Assembly (NCBI RefSeq): GCF_032062105.1
Contig: NW_026928197.1
Coordinates: 248,001 to 312,000 of the forward strand
Source of the DNA: Saccostrea cucullata
Lineage: Eukaryota
Length of the DNA stretch: 64,000 nucleotides
Direction of reading: 5' to 3'
This document shows positions 35,049 to 48,485 of the stretch, one piece after another. Below the pieces are notes generated by a model. That model ran no database searches and was not told the origin of the DNA. It saw only the letters and a list, made by a program, of their open reading frames with translations. Every line of letters begins with the position of its first letter. Within the stretch, counting starts at the first letter, position 1. A program made the translations under genes and the position numbers.

Positions 35049-36396
35049 TGAAATAAATCATACACATATATTAATATCAACAACACTGACACGATAATTC
35101 TAGTTAAATAAAAATGAATATAAAAAAGAGAATGGATTTAATTACGAAATATTTTTACAACTGTTTTTTCAATTTTGTTGAAATATAGAGATAATAAACA
35201 GTATCCAAGATCAAAAGTCTAATAACAATACAAATCGGGAGCAGAGCAAACACGGACCTCCAAAACATCAGAGGTGGGATCAGGTGTCATGGAGGAATGA
35301 GCATCCCCTGCCGACAACTAAACTTCATAAAGAACGTAATGAATACATTTTCTGTTGTCAATTTAAGTTATGTAGCAATATACAATTATTACTTTCAAAT
35401 TAAAGTTGAGGATACAAGAGAATCTCTGGTTGAAATAATGACTTTGTCATTTTTGAATTTAAATCTTTTATATAAATTATAAGACACTTATTTCCATACT
35501 GACCTGATTACGGTTTCCCCCTTTTATCCGGCGAATACAAAGATGGTATGACCGGTCGACAGGGAATACATGTTAATGTACTTGCTCTTCCATTGTTCCT
35601 GATCCTGTTTCTGTTGGTTTCAGAGGTCTGTGTTCGCTCTCCTCGTAATTTGTATTGTTTCAATCGACTTTTGAGCACTACTAGTATTCTTCAACTTCTT
35701 ATAACCTGCGATCTGAAAAGGATTATGATCTAAGATTGCCGAAATTTCGTACAAACTTATTCAAGACCTCTTTTCAGTATTCACATCTATGGAATGAACT
35801 TCCCAATACATGAGACTCTCTCAATCTCTGCGGGCATTTAAGCATAATGTAGAAAATTACATCACCAGCTGTCGCATAATTATTTGAGCACAATAAGATT
35901 TCGATATTGTAATTTGTATTCTGATTGTTAATTGTCTGTACATGGACACTATATTCATAATCTTGTAATTGTAATTCTGCGTATCATCATCTGCACAAAA
36001 TATTAAGCCCGCTTTTTTAAGTTCACATATAGTATTAAAGAAAGGCTTAATAAATGGACAAACTAGAAAATAATGCTGAAATTTAGAAATATAAAATAAA
36101 GGAAGCTTTTTTTTTCTGCGCCTGATAAATAGATGTTGTAAAAGGTATACAAGTAGGAAATCTTTGTAAGTTTGATGAATTGGTACAGTAATAAGTGAAT
36201 GAAAAGGGAAGATTTTATATCTTTTATTATTCAAAGTAGCTCTGAATATATTATTGGGCAATGCATTTCAACATTTATTTATTTCAAAGCGGTTTAATGT
36301 GTCTCTATAGGAAAAGGTATACAGTTTTGATAAACGCCCATAAAAGAATTTGTAGAATTCAAAGAGACTGCAGTGGTCCAATATACAAAAACATTA

Positions 36397-37650
36397 ATGG
36401 ATAACGTAACGTATGTGCCGGAAAAATTGGAAGTTTGGAATAGAGAGCTAGCAGATAGATTAACTTCGAATACTGTGATTTTGTCTCTGTTTATAATAGT
36501 AGGGCTTTTGGGAAATTCTACTGTTATCATTATCTACAGCTTTATCATGAAAAGCGACAAAGAAGAGCGGTATTTTATTCCGTTCCTTGCCGCTGTGGAC
36601 CTTTGCGCTTGTCTCGTTTGCGCTTCTTCCGGAATTGCTAACAATATGATGCAGGCGACGTTTGAAAACATTTTTGCATGTAAAGCTCTGCAATTCCTTG
36701 TCCCGCTTTTTACTTTTAGCTCTATTTTATTTCTGTTGATCATTGCTGTGCACAGATATCTCAAAGTCTGCAAACCGTTCGAAAAACAGATGACGTTAAA
36801 GTGGAAACAATTTGCAATCTGCTTGAGTTTGATAAATAACGGCATTTATATTATCTTTACCTTTGATTTATTTTCACGGAGTAGTGTCCTTTCCAAACAC
36901 CGAAAAAGGAATCGTTGGTTTGAGATGCAGCAGGTCAAAATCTGCCAATAAAACATTGTCTTTGATTTTGGGGGGCTTCTTAGTCATTGCGACAGTTGCA
37001 ATTATTCTTTCACTAGTTATTATGTATTCGAAAATAGGATACACTATTCTGATACATTTCAGACCCACCAAAGCCATTAACGAAAATAAAAGTCAGCTAG
37101 AGATGGAAAATTCGACCGATGTCGATAAGTCTCGGAAAAGAATCTCGAGCCACGAAGATCCACTTAGCGACGAAGAGGACAAAAATTATTCCATTCAGAC
37201 GGACAACACGGATCTATCCGGTTACTGTTCTGCGAAACGGACAACGCGGGATTATCCGGTATGTATTCTCCCCATATATCTGTACAGACAACAAGGAAAG
37301 TCTGTGATACGGGAACAACAGCTGAAGGTATCGACAACCGCCCTAAGACAAGAGGACGACGTCGAAAGGGAAATCACAATCGGATAGTTGTATACAAATT
37401 TACCCTGATGTTTATGCTCATAACCGTCATATTCCTCATCTGTTATATTCCTAAAGTCATTATTATCATGTTCGAAGCCAGCAATCCGAAATTCTGGGAG
37501 GAACTTTCAGATTCTACAAGAACTGGCGTTTTGTTTGTATACAGAATGTATATAATAAATAATATAACCAATCCATTTATCTATGCATTCCTAGACAAAA
37601 AGTTTGCAAATGAAATTATGAAGTTGTTTAAAATTTGTATAAGAAGATAA
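36397..37650 (+). pseudogene. Subtype A GPCR with a +4 insertion in TM4 and the same -1 ICL3 frameshift (G5)
   Basis: gataaataacggc at ~36831-36843 vs gataacgtc in G4; three ORF pieces (36373, 36863, 37261). Confidence 0.9.
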
Positions 37651-39975
37651 TGTACAGATTTATTAATGAAGATAATTTATTCACTATTACATATTAACGA
37701 AAAAGAATATTTCAGATGATAATTGTTTAGAGATACTTATCAATAATTAATAGATTATATCTATATGGAGTCTAACCTTGTTTTCAATAATATGCTACTA
37801 CATATATCATTGTACAATTAAACACCAGTGTTATGTTTAATATTTTACATTTGAAAGAAGGCCTTAGTTCATGATTTGTAACTAATCATGGTTTGAATAG
37901 AGGAAAAATAATACAATTTAATTCTCCATTGTAATTAAGTAGCCTAACTTCGCAAGACAGCTTCATGTTTAACTCAAATGCATTGCAACTGCTAATAAAA
38001 ATTCATATTTAATTCGTTTGCTTTTTGTCGGATAAACAGTGAAAGAAAAATATTAATTTAACTATATCAATTTTTTTTTTATTAGATTTGAAATAATTTG
38101 AAATACGTGAAAATAAAATGAAAATTCATCTAAACTCATAAAGAGAATTTACATCTTTCGAACCTTAGAAAAATTGAACGAGGTTATTTTAATTTCATAA
38201 ATACCTTTAATTTAAATTGATTATGGGAATTAAGCATACATATTGAAAGTTTTTGTGGGGAGGGGAGGTCCCACTGACCTGCACACATTAATTTTTTAAC
38301 CTCAGTCGGAAGAAGGAAAAGACACATTATTTTATTTTTTCTATGATAATAAATTGAGGAATCTTCTTACATTTATTATTTATTTAAAACGACATACTTA
38401 GGAAGTGATAGAACATATATATACATTGTTTGTTTTTTGTAGCATATCCATGACTAAATCTTAAAATCAAAGTGCAACATACATTGTAGTTGCACTGGAA
38501 CACTAAAAAACAAAATGAATTGCCTGAATTATCAAAATATTCTAGGCTTCAATAAATAAAGATTGTACAAGAGGAAGGCAAAATTTCCCCTTAAATTCAA
38601 CTTCACTGAAACTTTCATATTTTTTCTAGGATACTTATATCTCTTTATATCTAATTTGAAAGAAATTCAATCATATATTTTTGACGTCTAAGTTTAAAAT
38701 ATGGCTTATCAGCCCCTTGTAAGAAGATTGTGATATCAAATATTAGATCTGATGATATGCATTATCTTTAAATTAGAAATTGATATATTGCAAAAAATTG
38801 TTTTATGATCTTAACAAAGACAACCTTTTTTTTACTAACTTTAAATAAATATATTGATTTCGGTTTATTTTGATAAAATAGAATGTAAAAATAGAACATA
38901 AATGAAATGTAAATGTAAATATTCTATACTTTAAGTTTTTTGACAGAAAATGTTAAATTCTACTTTTACACAAAATAAACGGAATAATTGAAATGAAACC
39001 TAGATTAAAATTGTACAAATTAGTAAAATTAAATCAAATTAAAATATTTTGGCGATTTAAAAGATATTCAGTGCAAATAAATTCATCATCAGTAGATGAA
39101 ATCACTATAATTTACCTTTAACCTTTTTATATGCCATATTTTTTAATTGTTACAAGAATTTGTATACAGTTCATGCTGAAAAAAAGAATGTCATAAAACA
39201 AATTATTTATCAACTTGTATACTAATTCCTGAATTTAATACAAACAACTGTCTTTTTGTAGTCATTTAGCATACTCATTGTGTATCAACGCTTGTGTTTA
39301 AAATTTGAATTTCATTTTAAACTGATCTATAGAAATCATTATCGTTTTATGGTTTGTATAGATGAAAGGGGATGCGTAATTTTAAACTCCACAGTTCTTG
39401 GGTATTCGAGCTTTCAAAGGTTTTTAATGCACATTGAACAATTAATGTATATTATTTTATATCTTTACGATAAAACATCAGTTTTATAATAGTTATATTA
39501 AAATAATTTCAGCTATTGTTAAAATGGGATATTGGGCTAAAGGTACTGAAAATGACAATTGATATAATTAAAATAGTAATTAATTTGTTTATCGAAACTG
39601 AAAGAGGACTTGCATTTTCTGATTTTTAACTCCCAATTTAAATTATTCTTTCATGAAGGTTTAATACAATTTTTCGGCATACTTTACAGATCTTTGATAG
39701 AATATTTGAACCCTAAATTCCACGAGTATTCTTATGTTAATAACTTCCTTATTAATAAATAATGAACTGTAAATGCGTTTTTATTATTTGTAAATAAATT
39801 TATTATTTTGACGCGACAAGGAAAAATATTTTTTTTATAATAAATTCTTGTTCTAAAGAATCAATGAGCAATAATATCCAGGAGTAGTCCTTGATTTTCT
39901 GTTAGGTGATGTGCGCTTTGGTGTAAATTTTGACAATGTAAATTTTTTGCATTGTTTGAGGGATGCATAATTTAA

Positions 39976-40735
39976 GGGGGCCGAGTGTAGTTTCCATTGC
40001 GTAATATTTCGCACATCATAGTAAAATGAAGCGTATTTACTTTTTCAAAGCAACTTTTTTTTTCGCTTGATTATCAACATTAAACAAAATTAAGAAATAA
40101 AAGTATAAAAATGTAATCACAATTTTATATAACTGATTTTTTAATCGATTTTGCAATTGATAGGTAGGGTGACGTCATTAGTCATTAGTGTGTTTTTGAC
40201 GTTATGATAAACTGAAGCTCTTAAAGTAAGGGGTAATAAAAATGTTATTAAAGAAAAAGTAATAAACATACGCTCTTGAAATTTAAAACATAGAAATTTG
40301 AGAATATCTCCATTATTTTTATTATATTTTCATATGAATCCTTTGTGCCCGTCACATTTTGTAGTACTCTATAAAAACGGGAAAATTCGTTTATATTTGG
40401 CATTTTGAGTTGCCCCCTCTGGTAACAAGACGGTAGAATTTTGTGTTTCTTACATATATTGTATAATATAGTATTATTCATCAAATATTATAGTTTGAAC
40501 AAAACGTCTATTGTAGTATTTGTGTAATTTGCATTAAAATGCTAAAAATTGGCTTTTTCCTTTATAATTCTATAGTAAATGTACCTGTATTTTGAGCAAT
40601 ATCTCAAAAATACCTGGACGGTAGATTTTCCCCAAACTTGGCATGTACACTGATGTCAATGTAAGTTATATATGGTATTAAGATAATGAGTTTCGCTATT
40701 GTTGATTTCACACAATAAAACCCCAGTCGGCCCCC
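39976..40735. mobile_element. Kolobok-like element (copy 3, co-duplicated)
   Basis: Same termini and flanks as 28598-29358. Confidence 0.75.
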
Positions 40736-42093
40736 TGAAATAAATCATACACATATATTAATATCAACAACACTGACACGATAATTCTAGTTAAATAAAA
40801 ATGAATATAAAAAAGAGAATGGATTTAATTACGAAATATTTTTACAACTGTTTTTTCAATTTTGTTGAAATATAGAGATAATAAACAGTATCCAAGATCA
40901 AAAGTCTAATAACAATACAAATCGGGAGCAGAGCAAACACGGACCTCCAAAACATCAGAGGTGGGATCAGGTGTCATGGAGGAATGAGCATCCCCTGCCG
41001 ACAACTAAACTTCATAAAGAACGTAATGAATACATTTTCTGTTGTCAATTTAAGTTATGTAGCAATATACAATTATTACTTTCAAATTAAAGTTGAGGAT
41101 ACAAGAGAATCTCTGGTTGAAATAATGACTTTGTCATTTTTGAATTTAAATCTTTTATATAAATTATAAGACACTTATTTCCATACTGACCTGATTACGG
41201 TTTCCCCCTTTTATCCGGCGAATACAAAGATGGTATGACCGGTCGACAGGGAATACATGTTAATGTACTTGCTCTTCCATTGTTCCTGATCCTGTTTCTG
41301 TTGGTTTCAGAGGTCTGTGTTCGCTCTCCTCGTAATTTGTATTGTTTCAATCGACTTTTGAGCACTACTAGTATTCTTCAACTTCTTATAACCTGCGATC
41401 TGAAAAGGATTATGATCTAAGATTGCCGAAATTTCGTACAAACTTATTCAAGACCTCTTTTCAGTATTCACATCTATGGAATGAACTTCCCAACACATAA
41501 GACTCTCTCAATCTCTGCGAACATTTAAGCATAATGTAGAAAATTACATCACCAGCTGTCGCATAATTATTTGAGCACAATAAGATTTCGATATTGTAAT
41601 TTGTATTCTGATTGTTAATTGTCTGTACATGGACACTATATTCATAATCTTGTAATTGTAATTCTGCGTATCATCATCTGCACCAAAGTCGCTAAAATAT
41701 TAAGCCCGCTTTTTTAAGTTCACATATAGTATTAAAGAAAGGCTTAATAAATGGACAAACTAGAAAATAATGCTGAAATTTAGAAATATAAAATAAAGGA
41801 AGCATTTTTTTTCTGCGCCTGATAAATAGATGTTGTAAAAGGTATACAAGTAGGAAATCTTTGTAAGTTTGATGAATTGGTACAGTAATAAGTGAATGAA
41901 AAGGGAAGATTTTATATCTTTTATTATTCAAAGTAGCTCTGAATATATTATTGGGCAATGCATTTCAACATTTATTTATTTCAAAGCGGTTTAATGTGTC
42001 TCTATAGGAAAAGGTATACAGTTTTGATAAACGCCCATAAAAGAATTTGTAGAATTCAAAGAGACTGCAGTGGTCCAATATACAAAAGCATTA

Positions 42094-43329
42094 ATGGATA
42101 ACGTAACGTATGTGCCGGAAAAATTGGAAGTTTGGAATAGAGAGCTAGCAGATAGATTAATTTCGAATACTGTGATATTGTCTCTGTTTATAATAGTAGG
42201 GCTTTTGGGAAATTCTACTGTTATCATTATCTACAGCTTTATCATGAAAAGCGACAAAGAAGAGCGGTATTTTATTCCGTTCCTTGCCGCTGTGGATCTA
42301 TGTGCTTGTCTCGTTTGCGCTTCTTCCGGAATTGCTAATAATATGATGCAAGCGACGTTTGAAAACATTTTTGCATGTAAAGCTCTGCAATTCCTTGTAC
42401 CGCTTTTTACTTTTAGCTCTATTTTATTTCTGTTGATCATTGCTGTGCACAGATATCTCAAAGTCTGCAAACCATTTGGAAAACAGATGACGTTAAGGTG
42501 GAAACAATTTGCAATGTGCTTGAGTTTGATAACGTCACTAATATTGTCTATACCTATGATTTATTTTCACGGAGTAGTGTCCTTTCCAAATACCGAAAAA
42601 GGAGTCGTTGGTTTGAGATGCAGCAGGTCAAAATCTGCCAATAAAACATTGTCTTTGATTTTTGGGGGCTTGTTAGTCATTGCGACAGTTGCAATTATTC
42701 TTTCACTAGTTATTATGTATTCAAAAATAGGATACACTATTCTGATACATTTCATAAACACCAAAGCCATCAACGAAAATAAATGTCATCTAGAGATGGA
42801 AAATTCGACCGATGTCGATAAGTCTCGAAAAAGAATCTCGAGCCACGAAGATCCACTTAGCGACGAAGAGGACAAAAATTATTCCATTCAGACAGACAAC
42901 ACGGATCTATCCGGTTACTGTTCTGCAGAAACTGACAACGCAGGATTATCCGGTATGCATTCTCCCCATATATCTGTACAGACAGATACGGGAACAACAG
43001 CTCAAGGTAACGACAACCGCCCTAGGACAAGAAGACGACATCGTAAGGGAAATCACAATCGGATAGTTGTATACAAATTTACCCTAATGTTTATGCTCAT
43101 AACCGTCATATTCCTCATCTGTTATATTCCTAAAGTCATAATTATCATGTTCGAAGCCAGCAATCCGAAATTCTGGGAAGAACTTTCAGATTCTTCAAGA
43201 ACTGGCGTTTTGTTTGTGTACAGAATGTACATCATAAACAATATCACCAATCCATTTATCTATGCATTCCTAGACAAGAAGTTTGCAAAAGAAATTAAGA
43301 AGTTGTTTAAAATTTGTTTAAAAAGATAA
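42094..43329 (+). CDS. Orphan class A GPCR, intact, subtype A (G6, 411 aa)
   Basis: Full 7TM ORF from MDNVT; 5-aa in-frame deletion in ICL3 relative to G4/G8. Confidence 0.95.
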   Translation: MDNVTYVPEKLEVWNRELADRLISNTVILSLFIIVGLLGNSTVIIIYSFIMKSDKEERYFIPFLAAVDLCACLVCASSGIANNMMQATFENIFACKALQFLVPLFTFSSILFLLIIAVHRYLKVCKPFGKQMTLRWKQFAMCLSLITSLILSIPMIYFHGVVSFPNTEKGVVGLRCSRSKSANKTLSLIFGGLLVIATVAIILSLVIMYSKIGYTILIHFINTKAINENKCHLEMENSTDVDKSRKRISSHEDPLSDEEDKNYSIQTDNTDLSGYCSAETDNAGLSGMHSPHISVQTDTGTTAQGNDNRPRTRRRHRKGNHNRIVVYKFTLMFMLITVIFLICYIPKVIIIMFEASNPKFWEELSDSSRTGVLFVYRMYIINNITNPFIYAFLDKKFAKEIKKLFKICLKR

Positions 43330-45553
43330 TGTACAGATTTATTAATGAAGATAATTTGTTTACTATTACATATTAACGAAAAAAATATTTCAGATGTTGA
43401 TAACTGTTTAGAGATATTTATCAATAATTCTAAATAGATTATATCTATATTATGTCTAACCTTGTTTTCTATAGTAAGCTGCTGCTATAATGATTGTACA
43501 ATTAAAATCCAGTTTTATGTTAAATGTTTTACATTTGAAAAAAGACCTTAGTTCATGATTTGTAACTGATCACGATTTGAATAGAGGAAAAAATAATACA
43601 ATTTAATCAATTTAATATTCCATTGTAATTAAGTAGCCTAACTTCTCAAGACAGCTACATGTTTAACTCATGTGCATTGTATCTGCTAATAAAAATAGTT
43701 AATTCTTTTGTGTGTGTGTGTGTGTTTTTCAGATGAACTGTGAACACTTTTTTTTAATTAGATTTGAAATAATTTGAAATACGTGAAAATAAAATGAAAC
43801 TTCATGTCAAATCATAAAGAAAATTTACATTTTTCCAACTAAAAAAAATTGAACGACATTATCTTACATTATGTAATTCTATCAATACCTTTATTTTAAA
43901 TTGATCACGGGAATTAAGCATACATGTACATATTGAAAGATTTCGTGGGGTAGGGTAGGGGATTCCACTAACCTGAAACACTGATACTTTTTATCCTCAG
44001 TCGGAAGAAGGAAAAACACATTATTTTTAAATAACCTAAGGTAATTTTAAATAATAAATTAAGGAAGCTTCTTACATTTACAAAAAAATGTATTACTTAA
44101 AACGACATATTCAGGAAGTGATAGAAAAATTTGATGAGACTTCAGACTGATTATTAATGTTCACATTGTTTTTTTAGCATATTCATGACTAAATCTTAAA
44201 ATCAAAGTTTAACATACACTGTAGTTGCACTGGAACCCTAAAAAAAACAAAATGAATTGCCTAAATTATCAAAATATCATAGGCTTCAATGAATACAGAG
44301 GAAGTTGAAAATTCCCCTCAAATTGAACTTCACTGAAACTTTCATCTATGTTCTAGAATACTAATATCTCTTTATATGTAATTTGAAAGAAATTCAATAA
44401 TATATTTTCGACGTCTAAGTTTAAAATATGGCTTATCAGACCCTTGAAAGAAGATTGTGGTATCAAATATTAGATCTGATAATAAGCATTATATCAAATT
44501 ACAAATTGACATATTGAAAAATAATTGTTTGATGATGTTGATAAAGACAACTTTTTGTTACTTACTTTAAATAAATATATTGATTTTGGTTTATTTTGAA
44601 AAAATAGAATGTAAAAATAGAACATTATTGAAAAGTTATATGTTAATATTCTCCACTTTATGTCTTTTGACAGAAAATGTTAAATTCTACTTTTACACAA
44701 AATAAACGGAATAAATGAAATGAAACCTAGATTAAAATTGTCCAAATTAGTAAAATTAAACCAAGCTATAATATTTTGGCGATTTAAAAGATATTCAGTG
44801 AATATTCAGATGAAATCACTACAGTTTACCTTTGACCTCTTTATATGAAACTGACCATACTTGGGAAAAAATGAATTCTTCTAAAGGCTTCCTTATATCA
44901 GACCTGTATAATAAATGAACCAAAAGTTACATTGCATTAAATAACAGAGGTCACATGGCGTGTAGATGGCCTGAACATAAATACAGAAATGCAGTATGAC
45001 CAATTTATAGGATACGTTTCCTTTTTGTTTATTTTATTTATTCATTCATTTTCATTTTTTGCGGATAATAATTGATCACTTTTTTTCTTACAGAGACCTT
45101 AGATTATCGACAATATAGTGACATAATTCTTAACCTAGTGTATTTTTTATGAAATTAGTTAAAACAGAGTTCGTAGGTATTTTGTACAAAGTATTGAAAA
45201 CACTTAATCCAAGAATACTTGAGCTTTGTGCAAAGTTTTGCGGAAATTGAACCCGTGGTTTCTGGAGAAAAAGATGAAATTTCAGTAGATAACTTCCTTT
45301 TGTTCGTTCAATTTAATGAAAAAACTAAAACTTAAGATAAGCTAACAAAGTAAAATACTAATGAAAAGGAAGTTTTCTGCCTTTGATTTTATATACTAAG
45401 CTTCAATTTAAACACTAGTTAAGAGTAATTCACTTTATCACTGAGGTAAATGTATAACTTGACATTCCCTTTAAAAGTACGTAGTTACTGAATTTAAAAC
45501 CAAGTAAAATAACTTTTAAACAGAGAGCAGGGCTAAGAAACTAAGCAAAAGAG

Positions 45554-46740
45554 ATGGATAATGACACGTCGAGTTTGGAGAAATTGGAGATTTGGAACAG
45601 AGAGCTGGCTGAAGGTTTGATGTTTGATGGTGTGGTATTGTCTCTTTATCTCATCGTAGGACTGTTAGGCAACTCCACAGTTATTCTTGTCTACGGTTTA
45701 TTGATGAAAGGTGACAAGGAAGAGAGATATTTTATTCCGTTCCTTGCTGCTGTGGATCTATGCTCTACTGTTATTAATTCTTCTTTTGGAATTTCTCTCA
45801 ATGTGTTACCTGCAAGATTTGAAAATAATTTTGCATGTAAAAGTTTGAAGTTTCTTGTGCCGTGTTTTACTTTTACTTCAGTGTTATTTCTTTTGATCAT
45901 TGCTGTGCACAGATATCACAAGGTCTGTAAACCATTCGGAAAACAAATGACACTGAAATAAAAACAGTTTTCAATGTGTTTCGCTTCAATAATAGGGATA
46001 ATATTATCTTTACCTATGCTTTAATTTTCACGGATCAGAGTCCTTTCCAAACACAGAAGAAGGAATTGTGGGATGCAGCCCGTGAAAAACTGCCAATAAA
46101 ACGCTCTCTAAATTTTTGGAATATTCCTCCTTATTGCAACAATCACAATCATAATTTCATTAATTATCCTGTATTCGGTAGAGGTGTACTTTCATGTTAT
46201 TTTTCAACAAAACAAAGGCCAGAAGAAGAATTCCATTAAGAAAGAAAATTCAATCGGCATATATAAGTTGCAGACACCACTTTCGAGCCAAGGTGATCAA
46301 AATAGTGAGAGTAATACCTATTCAGTTAAGATTGATACCACAGAATTATCTGATAACCATTCTATTTTGGTACGTGTATCCCCAAGAAATACAAAGAGGT
46401 CTAATAAAAGGTCGACATTTGAAGAGACTGCAAATTATCATCAAGGATGTGCAACAGAGGAAAAGCAAAAACGATATCAGGCAGTTGTAAATAAATTAGC
46501 CTTAATGTTTATACCTATAACAGTCATTTTCTTCATCTGTTATATTCAAAAGGTTATTCTTTTGCTATTAGAAGCCAGGAATTCAAAATTCTGGAGGAAC
46601 TTTCAGAATCTAGAAGAATTGGTGTTCTGTTTGTTTATAGAATATTCATCATTGATTATCGCAAATCCGTTTATTTATGCATTCCTGGACAAAAAGAACA
46701 ACAGAAATCAATCAAGAAGTTGTTTAACATTTGTAGGTAA
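45554..46740 (+). pseudogene. GPCR pseudogene, subtype B (psi7)
   Basis: TAA at 45959-45961 where paralogs have TGG (KQMTLK-W), then several frameshifts; terminal ttgtaggtaa as in G10. Confidence 0.9.
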
Positions 46741-47150
46741 GCGTAGTTAAATACTAGAGCAAGTAAAAAGAAAGATTTGTTTTGCCACAAGACTTTGTGA
46801 AATGTTTTTGAATAGTCAGTTTTGCTTAATTTGTCTAGAAATATTTGTCAATAAGGGAAAAAGAGAAGAATTGATTACGAAATATTTTTACAATTTTTAT
46901 TTCAATTTTGTTGAAATATGGAAATAATAAACACTATTCAAGCTCAAAGTGCAATTATGCAATACACATCTGGAGCAGAACAGACTCACACATTCAAAAG
47001 GTAGCATTAGGTGTCATGAGCATCCCCTGCCAACCGGTCACATCCACAATGTCCTCATTGTCTTAAGAGAGACACTTATTTCCATACTGATTACGGTTTT
47101 CCATGTTTATCCGAATACAAGGATCGCATGACCGGTCGACAGGGGATTCT

Positions 47151-47600
47151 CGCTCTCCCGTTGTTCTTGATCCTGCCTCTCTTGGTGTCAGAGGTCTGTG
47201 TTCGCTCTCCCGTTGTTTACGGTTACGGTTTTCCATGTTTATCCGAATACAAGGATCGCATGACCGGTCGACAGGGGACACTCGCTCTCTCGTTGTTCTT
47301 GATCCTGCCTCTCTTGGTGTCAGAGGTCTGTGTTCGCTCTCCCGTTGTTCTTGATCCTGTTTCTGGTGGTTTCAGAGGTCTGTTTTCGCTCTCCCGTTGT
47401 TCTTGATCCTGTCTCTGTTGGTTTCAGAGGTCTGTGTTCGCTCTCCTATTGTTCTTGATCCTGTCTCTGTTGGTTTCAGAGGTCTGTGTTCGCTCTCCCG
47501 TTGTTCTTGATCCTGTCTCTCTTGGTTTCAGAGGTCTGTGTTCGCTCTCCCGTTGTTCTTGATCCTGTCTCTGTTGGTTTCAGAGGTCTGTGTTCGCTCT
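47151..47600. repeat. 52-bp minisatellite (6 tandem units 47283-47594 plus one at 47151) with a 132-bp duplication
   Basis: cgctctcccgttgttcttgatcctg... units start at 47151, 47283, 47335, 47387, 47439, 47491 and 47543. Confidence 0.92.
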
Positions 47601-48485
47601 CCTCGTAATTTGTATTGTCTCAGTGGACTTTTGTGTGCTATTGCACTGTTCGTTTTATTAATATTTAATTGCTTTAAAAATATGCTTATTTACCACGATT
47701 CACTCAAATTGAAAATTAACGTGCATTTCGAAATCAGATACCAAAAGAATTCTGTTTCTCGTTTATTTGAAAATGTGATAAACTATTCAAAGTGTACAAG
47801 TGTACAGGAATAGCTTGGCCATCTGAGTAATTGTCATCCAGAGAGAATTAAAGTTTAGCAACCAAGGGACAATGAAAATACAAACATGAAATGCAGCATA
47901 AAATTGGATTTTGATTAATTCAAAACTATGAAGGTTTCTATACTTTGACTTACATTATACCTTCATAATTAGATTTACGTTTAGATTCTTTATATAATTA
48001 TGTTATCACTTAAAAACAATATTTTGTCTCATAAGGAGGTTTTCACACTTTGTTCCTTCTTGCGTAAATTACAGTAGAGTACGGGGTTCTTGATTTCAAG
48101 TTAATTGTACATAAGAAAATCTCTAACTGATATGATTCTGATGGTTAAATAAATGGACAAACTAGAAAATAAAGCTGGAAGTTAGAAATATAAAATAAAG
48201 GAAGCATTTTTTGCGCCTGATAAATAGACAATGTAAAAGATAAACAAAAAGGAAGTTTTTGTATGTTTGATGAATTGATGCAGTAATAAGTAAATGAAAA
48301 GGGAAGATTTTATGTCTTTCATTATTCGAAGTAACTCCGAATATATTATCGGACAATGTATTTCAAGTTTTATTTTTTCAAAGCGGTTTAATGTGGTCTA
48401 TAGGAAAAGTTATACAGTTTTAATCGAAACACATTAATTTGAAGAATTCAAAGAGACTACAGTGATCCAAAATACGAAAGCATTA

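Larger units (their letters stand above)
27766..44850. repeat. Tandem triplication of a ~5.69 kb unit, each copy holding one subtype A GPCR
   Basis: Units start ttaattgttacaaga at 27766, 33456 and 39143 (offsets 5690, 5687); near-identical ORF sets recur; unit 3 diverges downstream of G6. Confidence 0.95.

Noticed and set aside
27914-41958. Short ORFs repeated three times (e.g. 28871/34561/40248, 30174/35857/41692)
   Set aside because: Recurrence comes from the recent triplication; they are AT-rich, have no recognisable domain, and some lie inside TEs or are broken in one copy.
47151-47600. CRISPR-like appearance of the 52-bp array (also the 7300-8300 array)
   Set aside because: Head-to-tail tandem units with no unique spacers and no cas genes, in eukaryotic context.
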